Source of the DNA: Balanoglossus misakiensis
Taxonomy: Eukaryota > Animalia > Hemichordata
Reading direction: 5' to 3'
Assembly: GCA_040954595.2 (NCBI GenBank)
Contig: CM082594.2
Span: forward strand, 8,129,573-8,193,572
Length of the DNA stretch: 64,000 nucleotides
Shown: in pieces, positions 37,270 through 52,100 of the stretch
Layout: every line of letters starts with the position of its first letter
Numbering within the stretch: the first letter of the stretch is position 1
Notes under the pieces: model-generated
Databases searched by the model: none
Seen by the model: only the letters and a program-made list of their open reading frames with translations
Told to the model about the DNA's origin: nothing
Position numbers and translations under genes: made by a program

Positions 37270-40200
37270 TTACATGATTTTTTCAAGAAAGCTAGAAGTC
37301 CTGTCTAGTTCATTGGCACCTGCTTTGTTAAACTGGTCGTTCAATCTGTGGATTTCAATCATACCACTGTCAGCAGCTATTGCCTGCAATGAAAATAGAG
37401 ATGAGTAAGGTCAAGGGTTAAAGTTCAGATAAAACACTGGGTCATCTTTGTAAAGCTTCACTGATCAAATTGGGGGGGGGGGGGGGGTACATACTTTTGA
37501 CGGTAACACATCACTTACCAATTCAGGTCGTCTGCCTGGTAGTCCCAATCCAGTTGCTGCATGGTCATTGGACAGTGCACAGGTGGTCAAGCTAAAGAAT
37601 AAGCCAATGACAAAACAGCCTTTAGAACTATACACTAATGGTAGAAGAACTGTATATTTTCAATTGCTTTGACAAATCACTCAACAGTGAAGCTAACATT
37701 TAGAAGAATAGAGTGTCAAGAAACTTACCTTCCCCCTGAAAACTGTTCAATTTTCACCGGTGATCCATCCCTTTCCAGCAAGTCCCACACATACACCTTA
37801 GCAGTTTCATCAACAACATAAAAGACAGAGGGTCTGCTTCTTGACCATTGCACTTTGATAATGGCCATGCCATTGGTAGAATTATGCCATGTCACCATCG
37901 GATATTCTGAGGGGGAAGATAAACAAAGACATCACAGAGTTGTGGAGAGAAACAAGATGACAGGAAGTCATGTATGGTAATCTTAAAATGGTAAATAACT
38001 ATGAATTGAAGATTTCTTAAAAGCAGTACCTGATGTTGTATTATGAAGTCTCAGTGAACCATCTGTACAACCAGCCTGTAATGTCAAAAAGACAAAGAAA
38101 GGAAAACCATACAATGGGGCTTAACTAAGAGAATTACATAAAAAAATGCAACACATCAAAATTCCTAGCAGCGATTGTTAATGATGATGATTAAAGTACT
38201 TACCACAAAAAAGGGAAGGCCAAACGGTGAAAAATCTAATGTCACAATATCAACAGGGATGTCTGAGAATAAACAACAGAGAGAGAATTGGTTGGGAAGA
38301 TTGATATGAATGTGTTTGTGACATAGCAAATATTACATGCTCAAATTAATTTAAACCACGAACAATAACATATGAGCTGCAATATTTTGTCTTACCTAAT
38401 TCTGATCTGAAAGATTTTGGTGGGGCTTTGCCGCCATACCTCACAGCATGTATTACACATCCCTGCAAGAAAATGTAAAACAGTCAAAATTCACATATTC
38501 TGTATTACTCTTGCTCCAAGACATCTGATACTATAAATACACTTGTATACATTAAATCTCATTGTAATGTAATAATACTCACTAGATCTGTTCCAACGTA
38601 CAAATGATTGGGATCTTTTGGGAGTAACTGCATTTGGAATGCACGTACAGATGATTTGGTGCGAACATCTCTGAAAATAGAAAAGACAGAGACAAATTAA
38701 TATTTTTATCACTGTCAAAGGATTATCAATTTCTGGACAAGATGATTGGACATGAAAATGAGAGAATCCTCATGGAATTGATCACACTGGAAAGACAAAT
38801 GTCAGTCTTACCTTGAAGGTGAATCTAACTTCACAAATGAACTTTTAATCAATTTCACTTTGCCACCAGGTGTCAGGCCTGTAGAAAACAAAGAAATAAA
38901 TTCCGATAAAAAAACTTGCTCACTGATTTCGAACAAACATTATTGCATATGAAAATGGGATGTGTGATTCTACACAAAGTGTACACTCACCCAGATCAGA
39001 CACAGATCCAGCTTTATCTGGGTTGGAAATTTCTACCACAGTCTGTGAAAACGACAGAAGAATTGAGAACTGTTACAAAGAAACAATGTTTGGTAATTGA
39101 TGATAAAAAATTGTCAACCAAATATTACATGCACAGCATGTTATCATATTGATGGATCATTAAATCATGGTAGCACAATTTGTTGTTCTATATAAATATA
39201 AAGTAGAAGAGACTTACCCAGAAATTAATTATTGCTTGCTCTTCTATGGTTGCTAATTGAAATGAAAGTCCCACAGTCTCATCTACAAAATAAAGGATTA
39301 AGGTAAATAAAGGTTTATAGTCAATCCAATCGATGACGTGAATTCGAACTGTAGAAGTAAACTCACCACTGACATTAGCGGTACCACCACTTTTGGGGAA
39401 AGATGCCTTGACACTCTCCATGGGCGAGACAATAGCCAACACAGTAGAAACTGGGCTGTGATGATTCTCATCTCCATTGACGCCGTCTGTACTATATGTG
39501 GGTATACGTATTACCCATTCTTCTTGTTGGAGAGAGTGTGTATGATGCATTGTGGACGGTTCACGTAAGTCCCAGACAACGACGGAGCCATCAGCTGTAC
39601 CAGCAAAGGCCAGAGTGGCTTTGGTTGGGCTGAAACAACAGCTCAGTGGGGAGGACTGGCATGACAGTACCCTAAATGAAGCATATGAGAAAAAAAGAAA
39701 TTAATTAACTTAAGAATACAGTAAACACTTTGAACGATAACATTTACCAGATTTGAGTTCAACTCTTTTGTCACAAACTGAATTTTTTTAAGATCTTACT
39801 TCTGGGGCCTTGAAGGTTCATTAATGTTCCACAAACACACCAAGCCTTGGTTTGCCAGTTTATTTTTTGATGAGGCCTGTAAAATTAAAAGAAATCATTC
39901 CAACTCAGTATCTGCTGATTCAAGCATTAAAATAGCCACAATGTTCTCTGTAAAGTTGACATCTGAAATTCCGCCAGAGCAAAAGAGAAAAGCAATCACA
40001 ATATTATGTTACTTACCACTTTGGGTTTACTATAGGCAGTGAGGATTAGATGAGTTTGAACTGGATGAAATTCTAGATGTACAACATAGCGATCTGGTCA
40101 AGAAGTAAGAATATGTAATAACATATGTGATAACTAAAGCAAAACACAAACAATTAAGTCATTAAGTCACAAAACTGTACTCAAACTAATGCTAAGAATA

Positions 40201-43200
40201 CATCAGCTGCATGTTATTTCACTAACCTTTCAAGAAAGGTATATCTTGATTGAGTTGAGTGTAGCCATCACTGAAAACAATTTGTCTTTGGTTTGTTTTC
40301 AACGTTCCACTTTCCGTGTCGACTAAGTTTTCCTCCAGTAACACGGTGATCACCTGAAATTTGATGAGGTTTTCACAAACTTAGTATTCTGCATGGGATC
40401 ATTTGTACAGTGTGTGGAAATACTTGATATGGTGAAACACATACATTCACAGAAATGCTTTTTAGGTCTCGTTTACATACCTGCCCTGAACTCTGTAGAA
40501 AATTGACTAATCTGGCAGAATCAATGTCCTTTTTCTTTGCACTGACAGTGTCTTCTTCTTCACCTTCTGCTTCACCTAGGGTAAGACAAGGTCAAAGGTC
40601 ATTCCTAGCTCAATGTTATCATCATCTTCTTTCAAATTGATTTGAAATCTAAGAAATCTTGGTGGAAGTGACGCAAAAAGAGGGTCTTACCGCCACATCC
40701 TCTCATGTCATCTGCGGGAAACTGTGTCCATTTCTGTCTGTAGTCGATTTCATCTGTCTGGATGTCTCGATCAATGTTATCTTCATTACATTGCACATAT
40801 GCCTGTGTACAAATCAAGAACAAACACTTCATATAAATATTTCATCTCAGTCTCCAGCAAGTGCCATGCAACAAAACAGATATATTGTTGACACAAGACA
40901 TATGAGATCAGAGTGCTAGTTCTACCCACCTGTCTAGTATTAGACCGTCCAAAACTCTTGATATACATCTCATATTCCTTAGTAGGTGGCAAATCAAACA
41001 TATCAAATGATGCAATGTCTAAGTCGATCAGCCGCATCAACTCTTTGCCACGTTTCTTCGTTTTAGATGATACTTTGTCGCTGATCACTCTCTGTTTTGC
41101 TGCCACAAAATTGACGAACGTTCGACGGCCAGTTCTTGGACGAGAGGTATCTGGAAATTAAATAGTTGTTGTTTAAAACAGAGTTTCATGAAAGTGAATA
41201 CAACATCTGTTTCAACGTGCAGGAAGTCTGAAGATGTCTATACTGTACATGAAAGTATGTTTTAGTTCTGTTCAGTACATGTATAATAAAGTAAAATAAA
41301 ATCAAGAAATCTATAATGCAAATTGACCTACCACCACTGGATGGTGACTCGCCCGGCTAGTGTAGAAGGAAGAAAATAACGAATGTAAGTTTCACATAAA
41401 ATACTGACATGCTTCAAAGTAAAAGTTACTACTTCCATTAATTAGTTACACTTATAATCTTTATGAATGATTACTTACCGAATCAGAATATCTATTACGT
41501 GACCTCAGAGTTGCCATATTTTCAGCTTCTATTGCTTTTCTCAACTCATGAATTTCTCTCTCTTTCTACAAAATGCCGAGAAAAACCACAAAGTAAGAAA
41601 TCAATTCAAATACAAAGACATGTAAGATTCTAACCAATATATCATAGATGTCTACAGAATCTGCCACATTTAAATCCTATTGATTTCAATGGTTGGGCCC
41701 ATATCCATGGAAAACGGAGGAGTGAATGTGTAATTTACTTACGGCAGACATTTCTCTAGTGGGTTCACTATCACTGCCATCGTCTCCATCATCATCTTCA
41801 AAGTCATCATCATAGTCCTGTTAGAGTCACAATGCAGAACACAAGATGTGATGAGAACTACTAAGATGATATACATACAACAACTTACAGTTGACTCCAA
41901 AGAAAATTACTGCCTCACTTCAACTCACAAACACGAAGACTTCGCTACCTCAAAATCATCTTCATCATAGTTGTATTCTCCAGCATCATCATCACCCATG
42001 GTTACTTCAGCTCCATGTGCATCATTTTTCAATTCTTCATCATCTATTGATGGCTGGGAAATGTGAAACAGAAAGACAGACAGTTAGTACAGGGGAAAAC
42101 CAGGATAAATGGTGCACACCTGGAAGACAAAACTTATCACACCAAAGGACAGTCATACATGTAGATAAGATAGCAACACTGGCATATTACACAGCCTGAT
42201 GAGACTGTCAGGAGTTTGATTTTTGACTGTGAAAAACTGATACAAGGAGAAAAACGTATCATTTAAGATTACAACATTTCATTTTGATTACACACACATG
42301 CAGGCATGTGAATGAAATACAACATGAGAAATTGCAACACTCAGTGATTATACCATGGCATGCAATGAATAAATACATCATTCTATCCTTCCTCCCTGCG
42401 TTAGGAACGGATCAACCTGAATCCATGCATCAAACATTGTGTGACTCGATGGAATATCACAAGAAGGAAGGGGGTTTCTTGGTTTCAAATTCAGATCTAG
42501 CACACACACTGTCTTGAAGGGGAATTCTGAAGTTTACACAAAAGGGAGAAAAATAAACATGCAAAGTTCAAATGCAAGGCTCAATCCCACTCCACATGCT
42601 CACTACGACTACACAGAAGCTTCATGCAAAAGATATTTACTGCTTGCTCTTGGAGGCGCTCTACACGAAAGCTTTGACCTTTGCCCTCTGGTCGCCGAGA
42701 CCGTAATGACTCCTGGGAGAAAAGGCAACGATACTTCTACTAAGTAAATTGTCAGTTTAAATAATTATCCTGGTATGAAAAATTTAAAACACAAAAGAAT
42801 GGCTTAAAAACTAAATCAACAACCTTTAATATATTTACCATGGAAAATCAGACATGAATGACATTACAGGTAGTTGTATTGACATGAAACTGACACACTA
42901 AAATTTTCTACTTTATCTCTCTCTCTCTGAATGCCATGCACATGCCTAACATCTTTAATCACTATTTCTCTCAGCTTGTTTCCCAAACCTGACAATGAAT
43001 CAAATATATTCCTACCTCTTCTCTGTGTTTCCTGGACCTGCTTCTCTCCTTTTCATTCCTGAAAAACACATCACATCAATTTTCAGTGTAAATACAACAT
43101 TCTGGTGAGCTGCCACTTTAAGAATCAAACAATGAGGTCTACTTGTACCTTAGTAAAGTGCATGATTTTCTTATTATGAATATTACTTTCTCTGCATCAA

Positions 43201-45611
43201 TAATATTTTTGCAGCAAAGTCTTTTTCCTGTTTTTTTTTTTTTACCCTCACCCCCTCAACTGAACAAAATACCTTTCTTCTTCTTTTCTGCGTTCTTCCT
43301 CCTCTCTCTTCCTCCGTTTCTTTTCCTCATGCCGACGTCTTCTCTCTTCATCATCATCTTCAGATCGCTCTTTGTGTCTTCTCTCTCTGTCTCTGTCCCT
43401 GTGTTTGTCTCGGTCTCTCTCCTCTCTATCTCTGTCCTCCCGATGTCTGCCTTCCCTGTCTTCGCCAGTCTTTAAGAGATACAAAGCATGATTCAAAACC
43501 AAACTTTCGAATCTTGAAAACTAGCCCTCAAAACATTGAAAAATAATTTCAAATCAAATAATATAAACTACAACACACATGTTAGGATAGAAAGAAAGAG
43601 GGTAATGATAACATAAACAGTGGTAGACATCAAACACATGCTAGGAGGGAAGAAGTGGACAGATTTGGATACGAGATCACAAATAGATACGTTCGGTTCA
43701 TGCAGAACAAGACAAACATAGACACTTTTCTCCATAATGCACGTATTGCAATTTCCAACATTTTTTTGGTCTACCCTCTTTCTCCTACCTTCTCCCTATG
43801 TCGTCTTTCTTTCTCACGCCGTCTTCTTTCTCTATCATCATCATCACCCTCCTAGTACCCAGGACAATAGAGAAAACTAGGATTATTTTATCTCCTGATA
43901 ATAGCTTGTCAATGGATCAGACAATTCGCCTCTGAATACCAGCTTATGTTTTGACAGACTTTACACAACACCAAACAAATAAAACATTCAGTTTTGACAT
44001 GCTCAAACTTTCAAGTATACCTCTTTATCTCTGTGCCTGCGTCTCCTCTCTTTATCTTCTCTTTCCTCTTCATCTTTGTGTCTTCGTCTTCTATCTTTAT
44101 CCTCTCCATCCCGATGCTTCCTTCTCTCTTTATCATCACCACCTTCCTCTTTTCTCCTTCTGCGTTCCTCTCTCCTCCTTTCATCATCCTGAATGATGTG
44201 ACATTAAAAGTTAACACATTGACTGGACTAATTTACAAAAAATAAATAATACTGATGATGTTACACATGCTGTACTTATTGGTCTTTTCTTCTTAAAATA
44301 CACAGGACATGGACAGAAGAAAAACAACAAGATTTATATTCAGAAAGACTGATGTTATTCTTTAACCAATTATTTCTTTCCAAACAGGACAACTTACATC
44401 ATCTCTGCGTTTTTCTCGATCTCTGTCTCGATGTCTCTCTTTATCTTTGTGCCTATCCCTGGAATCATCCTCCTTTTCCCGATGACGTTCTTTTCTTTCT
44501 CTCCGTTCTTTCTCTTTGCTTCTATCCCCTTCCCTGTCTCTGTCTTTTCTGTGTTCTGGAAAGAAGAGAGATAAAACCTTTACTCTACTAGTGAGAGCTA
44601 CTATTTCTGCTGGTACTATGGGACATCTGGAGATATTTCTCTCTATTAAAATCATGTCTATATCCAGCAATGAAAACTCTCGAACCCACATGCTACAAGG
44701 CAATACATACTATATAGAAGTTCAAATTAAACTGACTGAACTTTTTCAAATCTATATAAAGAAATATATAATACCAGTATTAAAATCAGCTGTATGTATG
44801 CATTCATCCAAATTCTCTATTTTAAATGCTTACAGCTGTGTACACAATCTGTTTAAAGTACAGTTTATGCTCCAAGGAAAAGGTGGCATTTTGAGTCCCC
44901 TAATCCTATACAACTTAACAACTTTGTGAATATAGTCATACATATATATTATACGTAGAAACTTACACAGCAATAGTAATGAATGATATGGAGCATATTC
45001 AGTACATATCTTATAAAATTACTGCATTACCTCCATCTTCACGCCTCTCTTTCCTCCTTTCCTTATCTTTATCTCTGTGTCGTTTATCAGCAGAATCATT
45101 TCTCTCATCATCCCTTTCCCGGTGTCTATCTTTCCGTCTCTCCTTATCCCGGTCTTTGTCCCTGTGTTTCTTACGCTCTGATTTATCAGAGGTTGCTTCC
45201 TGGGAATGGAAAATGGAAGAGGAATGTAACCAACCAGAAAAACAGTGCATCTTTTAAATATGTCAAAACACAGTGAAACCTATCTATTAAGGACACATCT
45301 GGATTTGATACATCTGTCCTTAGAGAGTTGTCCTTAATAGACAGGTAGCATCCATAAATTGTATTTACCTTTATGGACTTGGCAAGTTCTTCAGGCTTCC
45401 ATGTATCTTCCTTCGAACGTTGCTGTGTAAGAATATACAGGAAAGTTTACGTGAATCATTGAATGATAACATGACAACAACATTGCAACATGTGTAATCG
45501 GTCGGTGGCTTCTCCTAGCAACTGCAAGATAACTTGGTTGCGGTGTCAAAATTCTGGGGTGTCATGTATTTGCCGTGATATGAGACATTCCCTTACCTTC
45601 TCTGAAGGCAT
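37270..45611 (-). CDS. DYNC2I1: Cytoplasmic dynein-2 intermediate chain 1 (WDR60), ~30 exons (first 45611-45597, second 45422-45369, last 37383-37270)
   Basis: MPSEK|[21 protein letters not shown]-rich N-terminus, YNYDEDDFE|[46 protein letters not shown]|[19 protein letters not shown]; WD40 motifs [46 protein letters not shown]. Confidence 0.92.
45270..45346. repeat. Short inverted repeat, probable DNA-transposon/MITE relic, in WDR60 intron 2
   Basis: ACCTATCTATTAAGGACA (45278-45295) pairs with TGTCCTTAATAGACAGGT (45329-45346), one mismatch; preceded by CAGTGAAACC. Confidence 0.5.
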
Positions 45612-46149
45612 TCTTAAGCCCTTTATACCACAAGACGATAATGAACAGACAAACTTGGATAAATTGTGTCAAAACCCCGAGTTGTTTGACAGCTACTGCG
45701 CCGCCATGTTGAAAATATTCAGCTATTCGCGCATGCGTTCTTTCTCGATGTAAATTTAGTCGTCTACTTCATCCCGAAAGGTCATGTCACCTTACAGTGA
45801 CCTCCCCAGTTAAAGATTAATACACTCAAAATGTTACAAAATAAAAATATTAACTAGAAAATAAACTTCCGTTCATGTATTTAAAAAAACACGTTAGTAT
45901 GAGAAGCTGAATGATGTAAACCCGACTCAAAACAGAAATAGTTTGACTTTTCTTGAGGAAATAGTTCTAACGCGTAGTGATATCCAATATTATGGTTGTA
46001 AAACTTGATTACTTTAGCAGCCGAAATTGACATTAGCATAGCTACTGAAATCTCTATGGACGCGCTAACGTGCGCCAAACCTCCACCGTTAGTTTACCTG
46101 TAGTTTTTGTTTGTTTATTGTGCGTAGGCATTTAGCTAGTTTGCAAACC
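45510..46149. promoter_or_regulatory. Bidirectional promoter WDR60(-)/E-Syt(+)
   Basis: 538 bp between the ATGs; YY1-like GCCGCCATGTT 45700-45710; NRF1-like CGCGCATGCG 45728-45737; X-box-like TTCTCCTAGCAAC 45510-45522 in WDR60 intron 1. Confidence 0.6.
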
Positions 46150-49100
46150 ATGGCAGATAAGTCATCAGACAGTGCAGCCAAAGCTCAGAAGCCCAGCAAA
46201 ACAGACGATCTCGTTGAAAAAGTGAAGAATTACGGTTTCTCATTCGGGCTACTGCTTCTCATCTGGCTGTTGGGTTATCTTGGATTCAGCATCAGTTGGC
46301 TCCTGGTAATATTTGCAGTATGGGTCTACAAGGAGGAAACGGGCAAAACCAAGAAACTGCACATGAAAATACGTAGCGATGTTGTTGAGGACGAAAAGCA
46401 AGCGATCCAGACATATGTTACCGATATGCCATCGTGGGTAAGCTTCTTCCCCAAAAATATCGTCTGCTACAGTCCGACATTCATCATGTTCATTTCAGTG
46501 GTGAAAGTCAACACAACTCATCGGTTACCATTATTGTGGCCAGATGTCGCCGGAAATCTACCTAGAAAGTGTTTTGTAGCCAATTTTATAACTAGAGTGA
46601 AGTGTTTACCTGTTTATACATCACATATCCTGTTACATATTACTATATCCCTATATTATTACAATATCAAACTCATTTATACACACACTAGGTTTGGAAT
46701 GATGAGGCCCAAATTAATAGCTATACGTACATACCAGCAGCCAAACTTGGCAAAGGTCAAATGTTCAAGCTGTTCTCTAGCACACACACACTTCTGTAAA
46801 CACAACACTCTCCTGATAAATGATGAATAATTTCAGGAAACAATTTCTTAGTAAATTGTGTAACTGTTTAAATCATTATACAATTTTAAAAGAATAATAC
46901 CCATATTGCCAATAATCATTTTTAAGTGATACACATATGAATGATGCATTTGTAAAAGGAGAGCAAAAAGTTGTCAGTGCAGATAGCAGAATTCTGGCAG
47001 TTCAAAGAAAGTAACTGGCCACATCATGGTATCAACATGAACACCATTCACTCATTAAATTGTATGGGATTGGAGGTCATCATTGGTAATGAGCGTTTGT
47101 TTCAACGGTGACAGATGTTTAGGAAATGGAATCAAAGTGGTGAAGTCACTGGGGATGTAGCTCCACTCGCTTTTGAAAATGTAATACATGTACTGGTACA
47201 TGTTATCTACTTTTCTTACTTTTAAGTCCTATTTACAAGTGCTGTACAAGTGAACATTTGTTTTTAAATTTTAGTCTAGAATTTAAACTTCAATTTAACA
47301 TGACTACCGCCCTACATTGTAGCTTGTTTTCTAGTTGTAGAGATATATGCATTGGTGATAAACTTCTGTTTGATGATGATAATATAACTGGATAAAATCC
47401 TGTGATTTACCATGTTAAAATATTATATATGGTGCATTGAAATTCGCCACATCAATAAAATTAAAATGAGGTATGTATTTACCAGTATCTGGTGTACTTA
47501 GCTGCATAACACCACCATCTGTCAGCAAAGAATTGAAATTGCTTCGGTTATTTTTAGTTTAATGTTCATTTTGTTTATAGAACCTAATACGTTCTCTAGG
47601 TTGCTGTGTGATGCAAACACGTTATATTTTGTGTATATAATTCATAGACTTTTGCAAAACAAGGTTGAAAACATAGTACACATTTTATACTATTTCCCTT
47701 CATATCCCAATTGTATTTGTCAACTAAAGTGTAATATGTTTCCAGACAGGGATATACCATACACTGTCCACAGGTTTATTTATAGTATAAGCTTTCCCAG
47801 TAAGCTTTTGATTATACACAATATTTAACTATTTTCAAGTTTATGTACATTGCAATCAACAGAGATACTCTGCTGGGGAAGCTTTATAAGTTGTTAATGT
47901 GTTGGTTTCTTATTGTAATTAATTGAAATGTCCTCTAATCATATTTATAAAACTATTTGCATACATGTTTATTTCACAGTAGTTTGTAAGTTAATAAACC
48001 CTCATTTTTATTACTCTCATTTATACCAGTTGGTATTTTTAGGCACCTGGGAAATATGTCAGCATATAAATGTACCCATGTTCAATCATCATTTTAAAAA
48101 CACATACACATAGATAAGATTATGATTTGTTGACACAGTACATCATATGCAAAAAACATATCAGAGAACAACAACAACTGGAGCTTCGGAAGGGTGGAGC
48201 CCAATGCTTCAATCGTTTTGTGACCCCTGTATGACCTTGTATTATGATGATTTTGCTGATAGTGATACTCTGCTAAATTCAAGGGCAGCTAAGACAAATA
48301 TAAACTGATTCAACAGTATACTTTGTACTTCAACTGTAACAGACAAAGCTAAATGTGCAAACATTCTAGGATGCTATAAATGCAATTTCATGCAAGGTCA
48401 CAAAAATGGCTATATACCAAGGAATAATTACTGACACAAAAATTAAAATATTGTGTGATCCAGTACAAGATTATGTAGCCACAGCTATGTATCAATTTTG
48501 TTCATTTTCATTGTTCAGATCAAAAGTAATTGGTTTGTGTTTGTGTTATGGAATAATTACGATTGCTATACAATCTTGATATTTGTTGTGTGTATAACTG
48601 CACAGGACCGACCTCATGTCATGACCCTGTAGACTGCTATGCAGAGAATGCAAATACTAGCATATATGGACATTGTAACAGACACCAACGACGTGAATCC
48701 AGCAACAAAATGTATGTCAAGCAATTTATGATCATTTCAGAAAATGATACTCCAGATCTGATCATGGAGACCGGACTGCAGACAGTGGTATTTTTATGAT
48801 ACACTTAGCGCTCAAGTTTTCATCTGACCTATGGTGTGCTTATAATATGTTGAAAAGGGTACACATTGTTTGTGGCATTGCTTTGCATTGGACATCAGCT
48901 TTGAATCAAGTTGGATGAATGTACATGTTTCATGTAATGAGAGTGATGGAAATAGACAAACACAGAGAGACATTGACATCATTTATGTTCAGTGTACGTT
49001 TCTTCTTAGATGCAACAGTGAGAGGGGATTATGCCCACCTTAATTCTCTTCCTTTACCAAAATTTATGATTAGAATTATTTAGAGGGGATTATATATTTT

Positions 49101-52100
49101 TGTGTGCGGAAAGACTGAATATATTGCATAATAAAATACGAGCATAGCCTTGAAATATTCAATTATTCTGATGTTGTTTTTACACAATGCAATAGCAGGG
49201 TATTTCCAGGGGCTTGCTATCTGTTATTTACTGAAAAGGTAATAATGGATATCTTCTTTGTGGTTTATTACACAATTAAGTGAGTATCTTTCCAAAACAG
49301 CCAATTCTCTCAGCCGTGTATCATTTCTGTAGCAGTGATGTAGTGTACCCATTGAGTCAAACCATTATACATGTATCAAGCATTAGCATAACATTTGTTT
49401 CCCAGTATTACCATAGCAACAGTGACTACTGACCTTTGGCTATTTCCTAGATGCGTGTAAAGCATGCCCTTCCAAAATTTCCAGTGGCTACCAATAGTGT
49501 TTCACAGTTTTCTGTAATGTAAGAAATGTAATATATTTATGTCATGAAAAATGCCATTTTAAATCATATACTGAAAAAAATAGAGATGTTTTAGATGCAT
49601 TAATTAGCAACATTGTGGAACTTGGAAGAGTGGCAAAGTCCATTATTTTTTTTATCAGTGGAAAGAAAAAATATGAAAATTTATTGCCACGTACTAGCTA
49701 AACAAGATTACACACATGCTAAATGTCAAAAAATAAAATAATGATAGATTCATACCATGATTGCCAGGGACCACATTTATTGAAGCCCTGGATGATTTAT
49801 CTGGTCATTGTTACCAGTGTACCCTGTTGTTGCCATGTTTGGGGCTGCAGGAGCTCATTAAATTGTAATTCAGGTGCATAATTCACGCAGCAATAATAAC
49901 GACAACCCCTCCCCCCTCCAGTACCCAATAACTTTTACTGGTACCATATGTAACTTGAATCCCATTTGCATGAAACAGATATAACCTGTAATTACAATGT
50001 GGAGTATTGTTCACATTATGTACAATCCATCTGGGACCTGGCCATGCATACATATCCTCTCTGGGGGTTTGGTCTGCAGTCCAAAACTACATGCACTAAA
50101 TCTTCCACATGATTTGGAGACATGTCAGGGCTAGCTTTATGATCAGAGTCAACAGCAAGATGAGCTACATGTCTGACCCTGCAGGGCCAGCGAAAGGCCT
50201 CCATACTGCCATAGTGGCTCAAATTTCAGGCTGGAATATAGCAAACCCCCGCCTCACTCATACCTAGACCTAACGATAGTCCAGCTTTAACATAACATGT
50301 CCACATTGGTTATTTTTAGCTGAATTAAATCCTTCGCCTGTTTATATATAGGACTAACATAGAAAACTGTCTCGGGTGAAGTACTCCATAAACGACACTG
50401 TAGATGCGATGGGCACAGATGCTGACATATGTCATAATACCAACCATATGGCACAACCTGGTTGTAATATTAAACAGCATTATCTGCAATTGTTCCCAAT
50501 GCTTGTTTTATGCAGGAAACATATGCCTTGACTAGTCTTTAGATAAACCTTGCAGTCATTCTAGTTCAATCTGCTTATCTAACAAAATAACAATTTTATC
50601 AGAATGGAACATGAACTTTTTTTCTTTGTATATTTAACTTACAGGTCTATTTTCCTGATGTGGAAAGAGCAGAATGGCTGAATAGTGTGAGTTTTTATTT
50701 TGACTGTACATGATAAATGTTGGTTGATTGTGTCATTATTTTACGAGTTTGATATTACTATACCCTTCTTACCTACATGAAGCTGTATTATATGTAATTA
50801 TGGTGAATGCAATCATTTTACCTTGTCAGATCATAAAGCAGATGTGGCCATTCTTGGGAGACTATGTAGAAAATGTTCTGAGGAATACTGTAGAACCCTC
50901 TATCAAAGAGAATTTGCCTTCCTCCTTGAGCTCATTCCACTTCGAAACCATAGAACTTGGAGACAAGGTGAGCGCCCCCAACGTTACGTTTTCAATTCTT
51001 TTGTTTTCACTGTATGGGAACTCCACCCTGTGCTCAATTTCATCATGTCTTTTGTTTTACCAATATAAACACCCTTGCATAACATTGGTAACAGCCCACA
51101 GTCAAATTGTAAGCTCAGTAATAAATAATGCTAAATTTAACTTTTACATCATCCAGTGATTTTTGTTTTCTAAACCATCTAGCCTTTACGCATTGGTGGA
51201 GTGAAATTATACACTGAACACATCAAGAGAAATGAAATCATTATGGACCTTGATATCTAGTAAGTTCCTACAAGTATTATTGCTTGGTTTTCTTCACTTT
51301 AATATTTATACATTTTTTGTCCTTTCCAACAGTTCCTCTTTCCTCAGTATTGAATTTGTAATGATCTTTGTTAAATGTATTATGAATAAAATGCCCTGGT
51401 GTTTAAAAGAAGCATCAATGCAAGATTTAAGAAACTGTTCAACAATTCGCGCTGTAGCCATGATGATGTAGAATAGATGTATTGTATGAATCTTCGAGAA
51501 CAGATACGACAGCATTGTATATTGTACTACATGTATTAGCATCTGACTTTATTCAGGTCAAGTCTAGAATCACGGGAGGAAAGTGTTTCCAAATTCAAAG
51601 CATCAGATCAACTGGTTCCCCCCTCCCCCCTTAACCCAAGCAGTACGGTTCCGTCGCAGCCGTTTCAAGGTAGAACACCCCAGTGGGTGACTCATTAGCT
51701 GGATGACCCATGACGTTGCAACCCCTGGTACCGCAGTTGTTTATACAGCCTTCCCAGTTGTCCAGCTCACATGGGTAGGCAGTGAACTTGCATGCTTCTG
51801 TGATGGAATGGAGGTAGTACTCACACGCCCGTGTATGGTCACACACCTCTGGAAATTGAGATAATAAAGTCTTTGTTTCTGTGTAATGAGTAGCTATAAT
51901 ACCAACAATAACCAAGGGGACATTTATGTGGGCTATTTCTTCTGTTTTGTGAAAGACAGTCATATCGTGCTGTCTGAATCATACTGATACACTGGTCATC
52001 ATAGGGATCTGTTTCAGACCATGCTGACCATCTGGTCATCAGATGTAAGAATACATAACAAAAATAAATACTAGAACACAGCAAGACTATAGCAGGACTA

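Noticed and set aside
31533-37487. Poly-C (31533-31549) and poly-G (37472-37487) runs
   Set aside because: Simple intronic homopolymers with no further structure.
41332-41356. 25-nt WDR60 exon as a regulated microexon
   Set aside because: Phase 0 to phase 1 and required for frame, so probably constitutive.
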